From Candidatus Bathyarchaeia archaeon (lineage in GTDB: Bacteria; Patescibacteriota; Microgenomatia; PFEM01; JAFGMK01), in the NCBI GenBank assembly GCA_035529595.1, contig DATKWK010000017.1, positions 250,961 through 314,960 on the forward strand: a stretch of DNA of 64,000 bases, read 5' to 3'. The notes under the pieces are model-generated. The model worked only from the letters and a program-made list of their open reading frames with translations. It searched no databases and had not been told where the DNA came from. Positions 29,671-37,821 of the stretch are shown in pieces. The first letter of the stretch is position 1. Every line of letters begins with the position of its first letter. Made by a program: the position numbers and the translations under genes.

Positions 29671-30105
29671 ATGGCTACCGAAAAAATTATCGGTTATTTT
29701 TTACTGCTGGTGGGAATTGTTACTATCGTTGCCGGCACGTTTTCCCTCTATCAAGTTTTTACCGGAGACAGAAAAGCTCCCCGTCTTTTTCATGTTAAGA
29801 TGCCGGCTATTAGTCTACCCGGCCAGCAAAGCCTTCAGCTTGAATTACCTGAAGGTATGAGTTTGCCGGATGGCCTGTCCCTACCGAAAAATATCGCTTC
29901 GCCCCAACAGGACAGTTCGGAGATGAAGTTGCTGCCGGATGAACTGGTTAATGATTTAACCAATATGAGTCTTTATTTTCTACTGATGGGATTTGTGGTT
30001 TCCTCTGGAGCCAAAGTTGCCTCTATCAGTGTTAAACTGATTAAGGATATTAAAGTTGAAGTTAAAGAAGAAAAGCTAAAGCCGGTTACGGAAAAACTTT
30101 CCTGA
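29671..30105 (+). CDS. hypothetical small membrane protein (TM helices near both ends)
   Basis: 144 aa. Strong RBS (AAAGGAGG). No recognisable family. Confidence 0.4.
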   Translation: MATEKIIGYFLLLVGIVTIVAGTFSLYQVFTGDRKAPRLFHVKMPAISLPGQQSLQLELPEGMSLPDGLSLPKNIASPQQDSSEMKLLPDELVNDLTNMSLYFLLMGFVVSSGAKVASISVKLIKDIKVEVKEEKLKPVTEKLS

Positions 30106-30161
30106 ATTTAATTTGGAAATAATTACCGGGCAAAGTTTTTAATTAGTTGCACCTGTTAACT

Positions 30162-30503
30162 ATGCCAGAATTAACCGAACTGACAGAAACAATTGTTTCA
30201 ACTCCTAAGGAATTACATGAGACTTGGTTTAGGAAACACAGTTCGTCATTAAACTTAGCTAATTTGGGTACGGCTATGGCTAGGGCGGCCGTTGCTCAGG
30301 AACTATTGCAAGGCCGTTCTTATATTGATCGGGTTGCTAATATCTGCTTAGGACTGGGTATTTCCCCGTCATTTGTTACTCGAGTGGCCGAGGCTATTAA
30401 TACAAAAAGACAGGGGATTGCTCTGGTGTTTTTGGTATCAGCGGTGTTAGCTTTCAGTATTTCTGGTGTATACCACGAATCTTTACCAGAGACAATCGAT
30501 TAA
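30162..30503 (+). CDS. hypothetical protein with a C-terminal TM helix
   Basis: The track ORF is 30147-30503. I favour the start at MPELTELT. No family recognised. Confidence 0.35.
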   Translation: MPELTELTETIVSTPKELHETWFRKHSSSLNLANLGTAMARAAVAQELLQGRSYIDRVANICLGLGISPSFVTRVAEAINTKRQGIALVFLVSAVLAFSISGVYHESLPETID

Positions 30504-30564
30504 CTCAAGCCGTCAATGAGAAAATCCAAGTTTCAAATTACTTAATTGCTGTATATTATTTTGG

Positions 30565-31704
30565 TTGATGAATAGAAAAACGGCTATTTTTTGGTGGCTG
30601 CTTTTCTTAGTCGCCCTAGGTCAGCAGCTGACTAAATTATATTTTTTATTTCAGCAAGGAGAGCCGATTGATTTTAATGTCTATTGGCAGGCAGCCAGGA
30701 TTACCGTGGACGGAGGGAATGTTTATCAAAAATTACCCACTGCCGATATCCCCCCTTTTAACTATCCGCCGACCGCCCTCATCTTCTTCAGTTTCTTGCT
30801 GCTGTTACCAAAAACCGTTTCTTTTTGGGTTTTACTTTTTATTTCTCTACTGGGCCTTTTCGGTACCATCCTTCTGTTAGTTAGGCTTTGGTTTACTAAA
30901 AAGATAAGTTGGCCTGCTTTTTTAATACTTGGCACGCTTTTTATTCAGTATTTTCCGACTAAGTTTACCCTTACCTTAGGCCAGATCAATCTGGTAATCC
31001 TTTTTCTAGTTACCTTTTCCTACATTTTATTGGTTAGAAAAAGAGACATTCCGGCCGGAGTTTTGCTGGCTGCTGCCTCCTTGATCAAAATTTTCCCCGC
31101 TGTACTGGTTCTTTTTTTTATTAAGGAGAAAAAGAAAAAAGCTTGTCTTGCTTTTGTTGCTACCTGTCTTTTAGGAATCATACTGACAGCGATTTTCTTT
31201 AAACCGGGCTTGATTACTGATTATTTTGGCCGTATTGGTCAGAATCTCTTTTTTAAGGCCGGAACGGTCTCGTATTTCGATCAATCCTTAAACAGCTTCT
31301 TGCTTCGTCTAAAAATAGCTGATCTCTTCCGGTTAGCAACTCGGATTATGATCTCTTTGGTGCTGGTGATTACTTTTCTGAGAAGTAAAAATCAGGCGGT
31401 TTCTTACTTTGGCTTGCTGACGGTAATGACGCTATTTTTACCCAGTTTTGTCTGGATTCATCACTATGTGATCCTGATCCCCTTAATGATTCTTTTATCT
31501 GCCCAGATTTACCGGCAAAAAAGTTTCCTTCCTAAAATTGCCTTTTTGGCGGCTTATCTTGCTTGCTCTTTGCATTTTAAGGCGCCTGAGATAATTTCAG
31601 GCAAAAATATCCTTCTGGAATCGCACTTTTTCTTGGGTGCTTTTCTTTTGCATTTACTGGCTATAGATAAATTAAAACTTGAGAGAAATCAAACTGGGTT
31701 ATAG
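30565..31704 (+). CDS. DUF2029 / GT87-like polytopic glycosyltransferase (mannosyltransferase family)
   Basis: DFNVYWQAA...GGNVY...FNYPPTALIF is the conserved N-terminal loop of the PF09594 family. At least 9 TM helices. Confidence 0.65.
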   Translation: MMNRKTAIFWWLLFLVALGQQLTKLYFLFQQGEPIDFNVYWQAARITVDGGNVYQKLPTADIPPFNYPPTALIFFSFLLLLPKTVSFWVLLFISLLGLFGTILLLVRLWFTKKISWPAFLILGTLFIQYFPTKFTLTLGQINLVILFLVTFSYILLVRKRDIPAGVLLAAASLIKIFPAVLVLFFIKEKKKKACLAFVATCLLGIILTAIFFKPGLITDYFGRIGQNLFFKAGTVSYFDQSLNSFLLRLKIADLFRLATRIMISLVLVITFLRSKNQAVSYFGLLTVMTLFLPSFVWIHHYVILIPLMILLSAQIYRQKSFLPKIAFLAAYLACSLHFKAPEIISGKNILLESHFFLGAFLLHLLAIDKLKLERNQTGL

Positions 31705-31716
31705 AATAGTGATGTA

Positions 31717-32349
31717 ATGCCAATATTAATGTACCCTTCCGTTATTTATCTTGCTGTAGTGAATTTAATTCCTCTACTGGGTATTCTATTTTTCGGCTGG
31801 AGTGTTCAAGATATTCTGATTTTATATTGGTGTGAAAGCGGCGTTATCGGTTTATACAACGTTTTAAAAATGCTTTTCGTGAAGAATATTCATGCGAATT
31901 TAACGCTTTTCCCTGGGGTTATTTATAGGTTGTTTGTCATTGTATTTTTCATCGTTCATTTCGGCGGTTTTATGTTCATTCACGGTCTGGCTATTTTAGC
32001 CTTAACCAGTCCCGGTAATATAATCGGTATGGATTATTTACCGGGTGTTTTAAAGCCCTTGTGTTTTGGAATTATTGGTTTCTTTGTAAGCCACGGACTT
32101 TCTTTTATTCAAAATTACCTTCTCGGAAAAGAGTATCTCAAGTCCAATCTCGAAAATCTGATGTTTCAGCCCTATGGCCGGGTGGTGATAATGCATTTAT
32201 CGATTTTGTTTGGCGGATTTATTTTTGTTCTTTTTAATGCGCCTGTTTTCTTGCTGGTAATGCTGGTTGTGATAAAGACGACACTTGATATTATTGCTCA
32301 TGTTAAGGAAAGAATAAAATTTAGTAAGCTACCGGAAAAGAATAATTGA
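31717..32349 (+). CDS. hypothetical polytopic membrane protein
   Basis: 210 aa with 6 hydrophobic helices. No recognisable family. Confidence 0.4.
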   Translation: MPILMYPSVIYLAVVNLIPLLGILFFGWSVQDILILYWCESGVIGLYNVLKMLFVKNIHANLTLFPGVIYRLFVIVFFIVHFGGFMFIHGLAILALTSPGNIIGMDYLPGVLKPLCFGIIGFFVSHGLSFIQNYLLGKEYLKSNLENLMFQPYGRVVIMHLSILFGGFIFVLFNAPVFLLVMLVVIKTTLDIIAHVKERIKFSKLPEKNN

Positions 32350-32368
32350 ATATTGGCAAACTAATTTC

Positions 32369-32480
32369 TTTTACTTGTTACAAGTGCTGATATAATTTTA
32401 AGTCAGCAAGAAGGAACGATCTTTTCGGATAATACGCAGGGTTTTAATGAAATTACGAAAATAATTCGTAAAAAGAATAA
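32369..32480 (+). promoter_or_regulatory. conserved promoter + 5'-leader element, copy 1 (TTTTAC-16-TATAAT, then AGTCAGCAAGAAG...ATACGCAGG...TTACGAA-aataa-TTCGTAA hairpin)
   Basis: About 100 nt, with a second near-identical copy at 35585-35695. The -10 lies at 32391-32396 and the conserved +1 region starts at 32401. Confidence 0.5.
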
Positions 32481-32522
32481 ATTATACCCGTCTATTTTTC
32501 TGGCTAAAAATTAAAAATCATA

Positions 32523-33029
32523 ATGAATCAAAAAAAGCTGGGTAACGAAATCGAGCGGAAATTTTTGATTAAAAAGATGCCTGATTTAAGTAATTTAAAA
32601 TCGGTAGTTTGTGAACGCTATTATATTTACCGAGATGAGGTGATTGAACTGCGTGTTCAAAAGATTGGCAACAAATATGAGATTGAACGTAAAGAAATAA
32701 TTAATAAGTTGAAAGCAATTAAAACAAAGTTGGCGATTTTTAAACATGAGTTCGGAAAACTAAAGCGGCTTTGCTCTGCTACAATAGTAAGAGAGAGTTA
32801 CAATATTAGTTCTGATCCCGACGTTTCCATTAAGATATATCACGGTAAATACGAAGGTCTAAGAAAAATCGAAGTCGAGTTTAGTTCGGAAGAAGAAGCA
32901 AGCTTTTTTCAAATTCCTGATTGGTATGGAGAAGAAATTACTGATTCGCTGGTTTCGAGAGATTCAAAATTACTCGATTTGAATGATGAAGAATTTAAAA
33001 TGATTCTCGAGGAAAAAAACAACCACTGA
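32523..33029 (+). CDS. CYTH-domain protein (triphosphate tunnel metalloenzyme family)
   Basis: N-terminal EIERKFLIKK is the CYTH signature (ExExK), followed by alternating charged beta strands. Confidence 0.65.
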   Translation: MNQKKLGNEIERKFLIKKMPDLSNLKSVVCERYYIYRDEVIELRVQKIGNKYEIERKEIINKLKAIKTKLAIFKHEFGKLKRLCSATIVRESYNISSDPDVSIKIYHGKYEGLRKIEVEFSSEEEASFFQIPDWYGEEITDSLVSRDSKLLDLNDEEFKMILEEKNNH

Positions 33030-33087
33030 ATGATGCGTTATTCTTTAAATAGAAATTATTAAATAGTAAAATGTCATTGGTAAAAAT

Positions 33088-33651
33088 ATGAGACAAGAAA
33101 CTTTATTAGAAAGGTTGAAAGAAAAATCAAAAGAAATTATGGGGAAAGGAAAACATTTTCATGACTTTGCTCATGTAACGGATGTTTATAGAAATGTTGA
33201 AAAATTACTTAAATATGAGCGAGGGAATAAGCTGGTTTTATTAACAGCTGCTCTATTTCATGATGTAAAAAGAGACTCTCAGAGTCATGGGACTGGAGGA
33301 GCAAAATATGTAAATGAACTTCTTAAATCGATTCCAGAATTTCCTCAGGATTTGATAGATTCTGTTGTAAAAGTTATTGATTCCCATGATAAAGAGCAAA
33401 AAACACAAGATGAAAAATTGTTTTATGATGCGGACAAAATGGATGCATTCAATGAATTGGCAACAGCAAGATCATTTATGATGTATTCTAAAGAAGAATT
33501 ATCATTAAAGGAAGCCTGTTTTAAGTATTTGGACTTAATTGACCTTTTTTTCAATAAATTACATACGGATACAGCCAAAAAACTAATTAAAAAAGAGTAC
33601 GAGGAAACTAAACGGTTTGCTTTAAAATTAGTTAAAAGATATGAACAATGA
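33088..33651 (+). CDS. HD-domain phosphohydrolase
   Basis: H...HD motif (HDFAHVTDVYRN...LLTAALFHDVKRD), then a downstream D. Confidence 0.72.
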   Translation: MRQETLLERLKEKSKEIMGKGKHFHDFAHVTDVYRNVEKLLKYERGNKLVLLTAALFHDVKRDSQSHGTGGAKYVNELLKSIPEFPQDLIDSVVKVIDSHDKEQKTQDEKLFYDADKMDAFNELATARSFMMYSKEELSLKEACFKYLDLIDLFFNKLHTDTAKKLIKKEYEETKRFALKLVKRYEQ

Positions 33652-33868
33652 CGTGCCTCTTAGAGACTTTTCCTCACTTCGTTCGGTCGGCACATTGCAC
33701 TCTCGCTATCGCTCGGCTTACTTAACACGGCTTATGCGGGAACCTTGTAGCGCTTCGGTTTCCCAAATCCATTTCGTGGACTCCGTTTAAGCCGATACGT
33801 CATATTTAATTTGATTTTTTGGCTTTGCAATCGTACACTTTATGTCAGCCAACTAGCCTTAATATCTT

Positions 33869-34429
33869 ATGAAAGCAATAATTATTCCGGGAAATGGAAC
33901 AACATACATAACTGATAATTGGTTCCAAAATGTCAAAAGAGGATTGGAGAAATTAGGATTAGATGTAATTGCGGAAAACATGCCCGACCCAGACCTGGCA
34001 AGAAAAGAATATTGGCTTCCTTTCATCAAAGAAAAGTTATCTACCGAAGATTCGATTTTAATTGGCCACTCCTCTGGGGCGGTGGCGATTTTAAGATATC
34101 TTGAAGAAAATGAATGTAAACTCGCAATCTTAGTTGGTGTTTGTTATACGGATTTGGGTGATGAATATGAAAAGAAGAGCGGATATTTTAACCAACCTTG
34201 GCAATGGGACAAAATTAAAAAAAATGCCGAAAAGATAGTAATATTTGCGTCAAAAGACGATCCATACATCCCAATTTCTGAGCCATTGTTAATTAAAGAA
34301 AAGACCAATGCTGAATATCATGAGTACAGCGACGAAGGACATTTTGGAGAAGACGTCAACAAAAAAGAATTTCCTGAAATAATTACAGTGGTTAGTAAGT
34401 TTATGCAACGCCAAAAAATCAAACTTTAA
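33869..34429 (+). CDS. RBBP9/YdeN-like alpha/beta serine hydrolase
   Basis: IIPGNGTT...WF...ILIGHSSGA nucleophile elbow and a C-terminal D/H. About 186 aa, as in PF06821. Confidence 0.6.
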   Translation: MKAIIIPGNGTTYITDNWFQNVKRGLEKLGLDVIAENMPDPDLARKEYWLPFIKEKLSTEDSILIGHSSGAVAILRYLEENECKLAILVGVCYTDLGDEYEKKSGYFNQPWQWDKIKKNAEKIVIFASKDDPYIPISEPLLIKEKTNAEYHEYSDEGHFGEDVNKKEFPEIITVVSKFMQRQKIKL

Positions 34430-34497
34430 AATTTTCCTTCGGGCCGTTGTACGAAATCGGCTCCTAGCAAAGCTTATTAAATTGAATTAATATTAAT

Positions 34498-34827
34498 ATG
34501 ACTATGATTACACTCGACGATTTCAAGAAGCTCGAGATTAAAATCGGCAAGGTAAAATCTGTAGAAAAAGTTCCTGATGCCGTTAAGCTACTCAAATTTA
34601 TTTTTGACGTTGGTTCCGAGGAAAGACAAATAATCGCTGGTATGGCTGAGTTTTTTACTGATCCATCAATGCTGGTAGGTAAAGAAATGCCGGTTTTGAT
34701 GAATATCCAGCCGCGTACTTTCAGAGGCTATATAAGTCATGGAATGATTATTGCCGCTGACGTAAATGGTCAGCCGGTACTGTTATATCCTGAAAAAGAA
34801 ATTCCCGCCGGAAGTATAGTGAGATAA
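34498..34827 (+). CDS. tRNA-binding domain protein (Trbp111/CsaA, OB fold)
   Basis: LDDFKKLEIKIGKVKSVEKVPDA.KLLKF.FDVGSEERQIIAGMAEF is the classic Myf/CsaA motif order. Confidence 0.72.
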   Translation: MTMITLDDFKKLEIKIGKVKSVEKVPDAVKLLKFIFDVGSEERQIIAGMAEFFTDPSMLVGKEMPVLMNIQPRTFRGYISHGMIIAADVNGQPVLLYPEKEIPAGSIVR

Positions 34828-34933
34828 ACTGCTATTATGAAAACATATGCTACCGTAATTGGTATCGTCAAATTTGGCGAAAAATTTTACTTTTGAAAAG
34901 AAATCCTGACAGACATTCTTCTCCAAATTTGTT

Positions 34934-35437
34934 ATGGAAATATTGAAAGAAATAAAAGATAAAGAATTTCCTAGTGATGAATCAACTTTGGAAATTAGGG
35001 AAGCTTCAAGAGCTGTACTTTTTGATGAGAATGGCCTAATTCCTTTGCTATTTGTTTCGAAATATAACTATCATAAACTTCCTGGAGGTGGTATCGATGT
35101 TGGTGAGGATAGAACGAAAGCGCTAGCCAGGGAAGTTAAAGAGGAAGTCGGAAGTGAAATAGAAGTCACAGGTGAAATTGGTCAGGTTATTGAATTTCGC
35201 TCAAAATGGAATTTGAAACAAATATCATATTGTTATCTTGGGAAAGTAATCTCAAAAGGTAAGCCTGATTTCACGGAAAAGGAATTAAGTCAAGGATTTA
35301 AACTCGTTTGGTTGCCTTTAAGGGACGCAATTTCCAAAGTTGAAAATGATAAACCAAAAAATTATGAGGGTTCTTTTATTCAGAAAAGAGATATTGTATT
35401 TTTAAAAAAAGCCAAGCAGATGTTACGGGCAAATTAG
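34934..35437 (+). CDS. NUDIX hydrolase
   Basis: Nudix box GGGIDVGEDRTKALAREVKEEVG. Confidence 0.8.
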   Translation: MEILKEIKDKEFPSDESTLEIREASRAVLFDENGLIPLLFVSKYNYHKLPGGGIDVGEDRTKALAREVKEEVGSEIEVTGEIGQVIEFRSKWNLKQISYCYLGKVISKGKPDFTEKELSQGFKLVWLPLRDAISKVENDKPKNYEGSFIQKRDIVFLKKAKQMLRAN

Positions 35438-35584
35438 CAACGTGCGCCGCTTCGTTACGCACCCCGCTGTGTTTTCACTTCGCTGTGTTTTGTTCGGGGT
35501 CACATAACACTGCTATGCAGTACGTTTATGTAAACTAAACCTAATCCTGATAAGATTAAAATCAGGACTCCATATCGAATAAAA

Positions 35585-35695
35585 TTTTTGTTATCCAAAG
35601 TGCTAAAATAATTTGGAGTCAGCAAGAAGAGACAATCGTCTCGTATGATACGCAGGATTTATTTGAGTTACAAAACACTTCGTATAAAAAAGAGT
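35585..35695 (+). promoter_or_regulatory. conserved promoter + 5'-leader element, copy 2 (TTTTTG-16-AATAAT; AGTCAGCAAGAAG at 35617; ATACGCAGG at 35648)
   Basis: Aligns along its length with 32369-32480. Its variable segment forms a GAGAC-aatc-GTCTC hairpin. Confidence 0.5.
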
Positions 35696-35716
35696 CAGGC
35701 GAAATCAGATAGCATT

Positions 35717-36499
35717 ATGGCAGTATCAAAAGATATTGAAAAGAATCATATTAAAGGCTTCAAAAGGGAAATCGCTAAACAAAAAAATAGAAATGATTTT
35801 TTTACCTGGTTTACTAGTTCAAAGAATGCTGATTCAGCACTTGTACAAGGCCATTGGGATTTTTCACTACATATAGCCTATCCACTCGCCATATTCTTAA
35901 AAAATCCTGAAGAAAAAATTGTTCTAGAAATTGGGCATGGTGGAGGAAGGATGTTACTATCAGCCGCGCAACATTTTAATACTGCTATTGGGATTGATAT
36001 CCATGATAGTAATGCTATCGTAGAAGATGATTTAAAGATAAGAGGAGTTCATAATTTCAAGTTAATTAAAACCGACGGTAAAAATATACCTTTAGATGAG
36101 AATTCGGTTGACCTTGTTTATTCCTTTATTGTTTTGCAGCATGTTGAGAAAATTGAGATTTTTGAAAATTATTTTAAGGAAGCATACCGAATACTCAAAC
36201 CTAACGGATTAGCAATTCTTTATTTTGGTAGATATTATAAGTTCTCTATTAATAGAGCTTCTAAATTTTTATATTTACTAGATAATTTCTTAGAATTGAT
36301 TAAATTAAAAGGCAGGTATTTGGAACTTCCTGCTCGCATCAATGAGATTAATTTAAAAGTTTCTTTGATATATGCTAAAAAAATTGCTAAGAAATTTGGT
36401 TTTGAAGTTTGCAAAACACTTGTTTCTCATAAGAAAGTTCCAAATGGTATGCGGCTATATGGGGGACAACATGGTCTTATACTTCAAAAACCACACTAA
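35717..36499 (+). CDS. class I SAM-dependent methyltransferase (Methyltransf_11-like)
   Basis: VLEIGHGGGRML motif I, then LVYSFIVLQHV and ILKPNGLAILYF. I prefer the start at MAVSKD (35717). The track ORF start at 35645 lies inside the conserved leader. Confidence 0.68.
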   Translation: MAVSKDIEKNHIKGFKREIAKQKNRNDFFTWFTSSKNADSALVQGHWDFSLHIAYPLAIFLKNPEEKIVLEIGHGGGRMLLSAAQHFNTAIGIDIHDSNAIVEDDLKIRGVHNFKLIKTDGKNIPLDENSVDLVYSFIVLQHVEKIEIFENYFKEAYRILKPNGLAILYFGRYYKFSINRASKFLYLLDNFLELIKLKGRYLELPARINEINLKVSLIYAKKIAKKFGFEVCKTLVSHKKVPNGMRLYGGQHGLILQKPH

Positions 36500-36642
36500 G
36501 CTCTACACCCGATGTGGTTTTCTTCTTGAACCTCGGTTGTCTTCTTTTTTCGTTCCTATACGAGGTGGTTCTAGCGCTTCTTTCGCTCTTATGCGTTATA
36601 ATACCTAAAAAGTTTGTTTTTGAATTTAAAAAATTCCGTAAG

Positions 36643-37821
36643 ATGGAATCTAAGGTTAAGAAATATTACATTAAGACTTTTGGCTGTCAGATGAATGAGG
36701 CGGAGTCGGAGATGATTGCCGCTGGCTACGAATGCCGGGGTTGGAAACAGGTAAAAAACTGGCAAGAGGCGAATGAGGTAGTGATTAATTCCTGCTCGGT
36801 CCGGGAATCAGCGGAAAATCGGGTTTTCGGATTGGTTAATAATATTAGTAAATTTAAAATTAAAAATACAAAATGCGAAAGTACAATTCGAAATCTAAAA
36901 CTTGAAAGACCAAAGATAATTCTGAGCGGTTGTATGGTCGGGTCAGCTATGGGAGAAAGAAAGAGATATACTTTCAAACAATTAAAACAAAGGCTGCCGC
37001 AAGTGGCTGAGTTTAGGCCCTGGTGGGAATGGGATTTTAAAAAGATGAAAGCTATTAAGACCCGAAAGGATAAGCAGAAGGCTTTGGTGCCAATCATGAC
37101 CGGCTGCAATCACTTTTGCAGTTATTGCGTTGTCCCATATGCCAAAGGTAAAGAAATTTCTTTTCCCTTTGAAGACATTCTTTGTCAAATAAAAGAATTC
37201 GGCAAAAAAGGTTGGCAGGAGGTTATTCTACTCGGTCAAAATGTCAATACTTACGGTAAAGATTTTACCAAAGAAGAAAAAGATAAGATTATTTCTTGCT
37301 ATCATGATTCATGTCATAGTATCAAAGATATTTCGATTTTTTCTTTGCTATTAAGAGCCGTTCATAAAATTAAAAAGATAACCAAAATCTCTTTTCTGAC
37401 GTCGAATCCCTGGGATTTAACCGACGATATTATCCAAGCGATGAAACTGCCGAAGGTTGACCGGTATTTGCATCTGCCCCTGCAATCAGGTGACAACACA
37501 ATACTTAAAAATATGAATCGGCCTTACACGGTTGAACAATATTGGGAATTAGTCAGAAAGATCAGAAACGAAATTCCGGGGATAAAGATCGGCACTGATC
37601 TTATCGTCGGTTTTCCGGGGGAAACCAAAAAAGCCTTTGAAAACACGGTCAAACTCTGCCAAAAAATCGGTTTTGAAAAAGCCTATATTGCTATGTATTC
37701 TCCGCGCCCCGGAACTTCTGCTTTTAAATTTAAAGATAATATTTCTTACCAGGAGAAAAAACGAAGGTGGTCGGTCTTGGAAAAATTGATAAACAAAAAA
37801 TTGTCGGTTAAAGAAAGTTAA
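36643..37821 (+). CDS. MiaB/RimO-family radical-SAM methylthiotransferase (with an internal insertion)
   Basis: MTTase N-domain (YIKTFGCQMNEAESE...VVINSCSVRE), radical-SAM CNHFCSYCVVP and a TRAM-like C-terminus. Start chosen at ATG 36643 (MESKVKK). A TATAAT at 36594 lies upstream. Confidence 0.82.
   Translation: MESKVKKYYIKTFGCQMNEAESEMIAAGYECRGWKQVKNWQEANEVVINSCSVRESAENRVFGLVNNISKFKIKNTKCESTIRNLKLERPKIILSGCMVGSAMGERKRYTFKQLKQRLPQVAEFRPWWEWDFKKMKAIKTRKDKQKALVPIMTGCNHFCSYCVVPYAKGKEISFPFEDILCQIKEFGKKGWQEVILLGQNVNTYGKDFTKEEKDKIISCYHDSCHSIKDISIFSLLLRAVHKIKKITKISFLTSNPWDLTDDIIQAMKLPKVDRYLHLPLQSGDNTILKNMNRPYTVEQYWELVRKIRNEIPGIKIGTDLIVGFPGETKKAFENTVKLCQKIGFEKAYIAMYSPRPGTSAFKFKDNISYQEKKRRWSVLEKLINKKLSVKES

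Noticed and set aside
35645-35716. Upstream ATG (35645) as the start of the methyltransferase
   Set aside because: That ATG lies inside the conserved leader motif (tcgtATGatacgcagg), which is duplicated upstream of an unrelated gene. The downstream ATG at 35717 is preferred.
36514-36642. N-terminal 43-aa hydrophobic extension of the MiaB-like ORF
   Set aside because: The extension begins at a non-ATG position in a promoter-containing region (TATAAT at 36594). Conserved MiaB N-termini begin near the ATG at 36643 (MESKVKKYYIKTFGCQMN).
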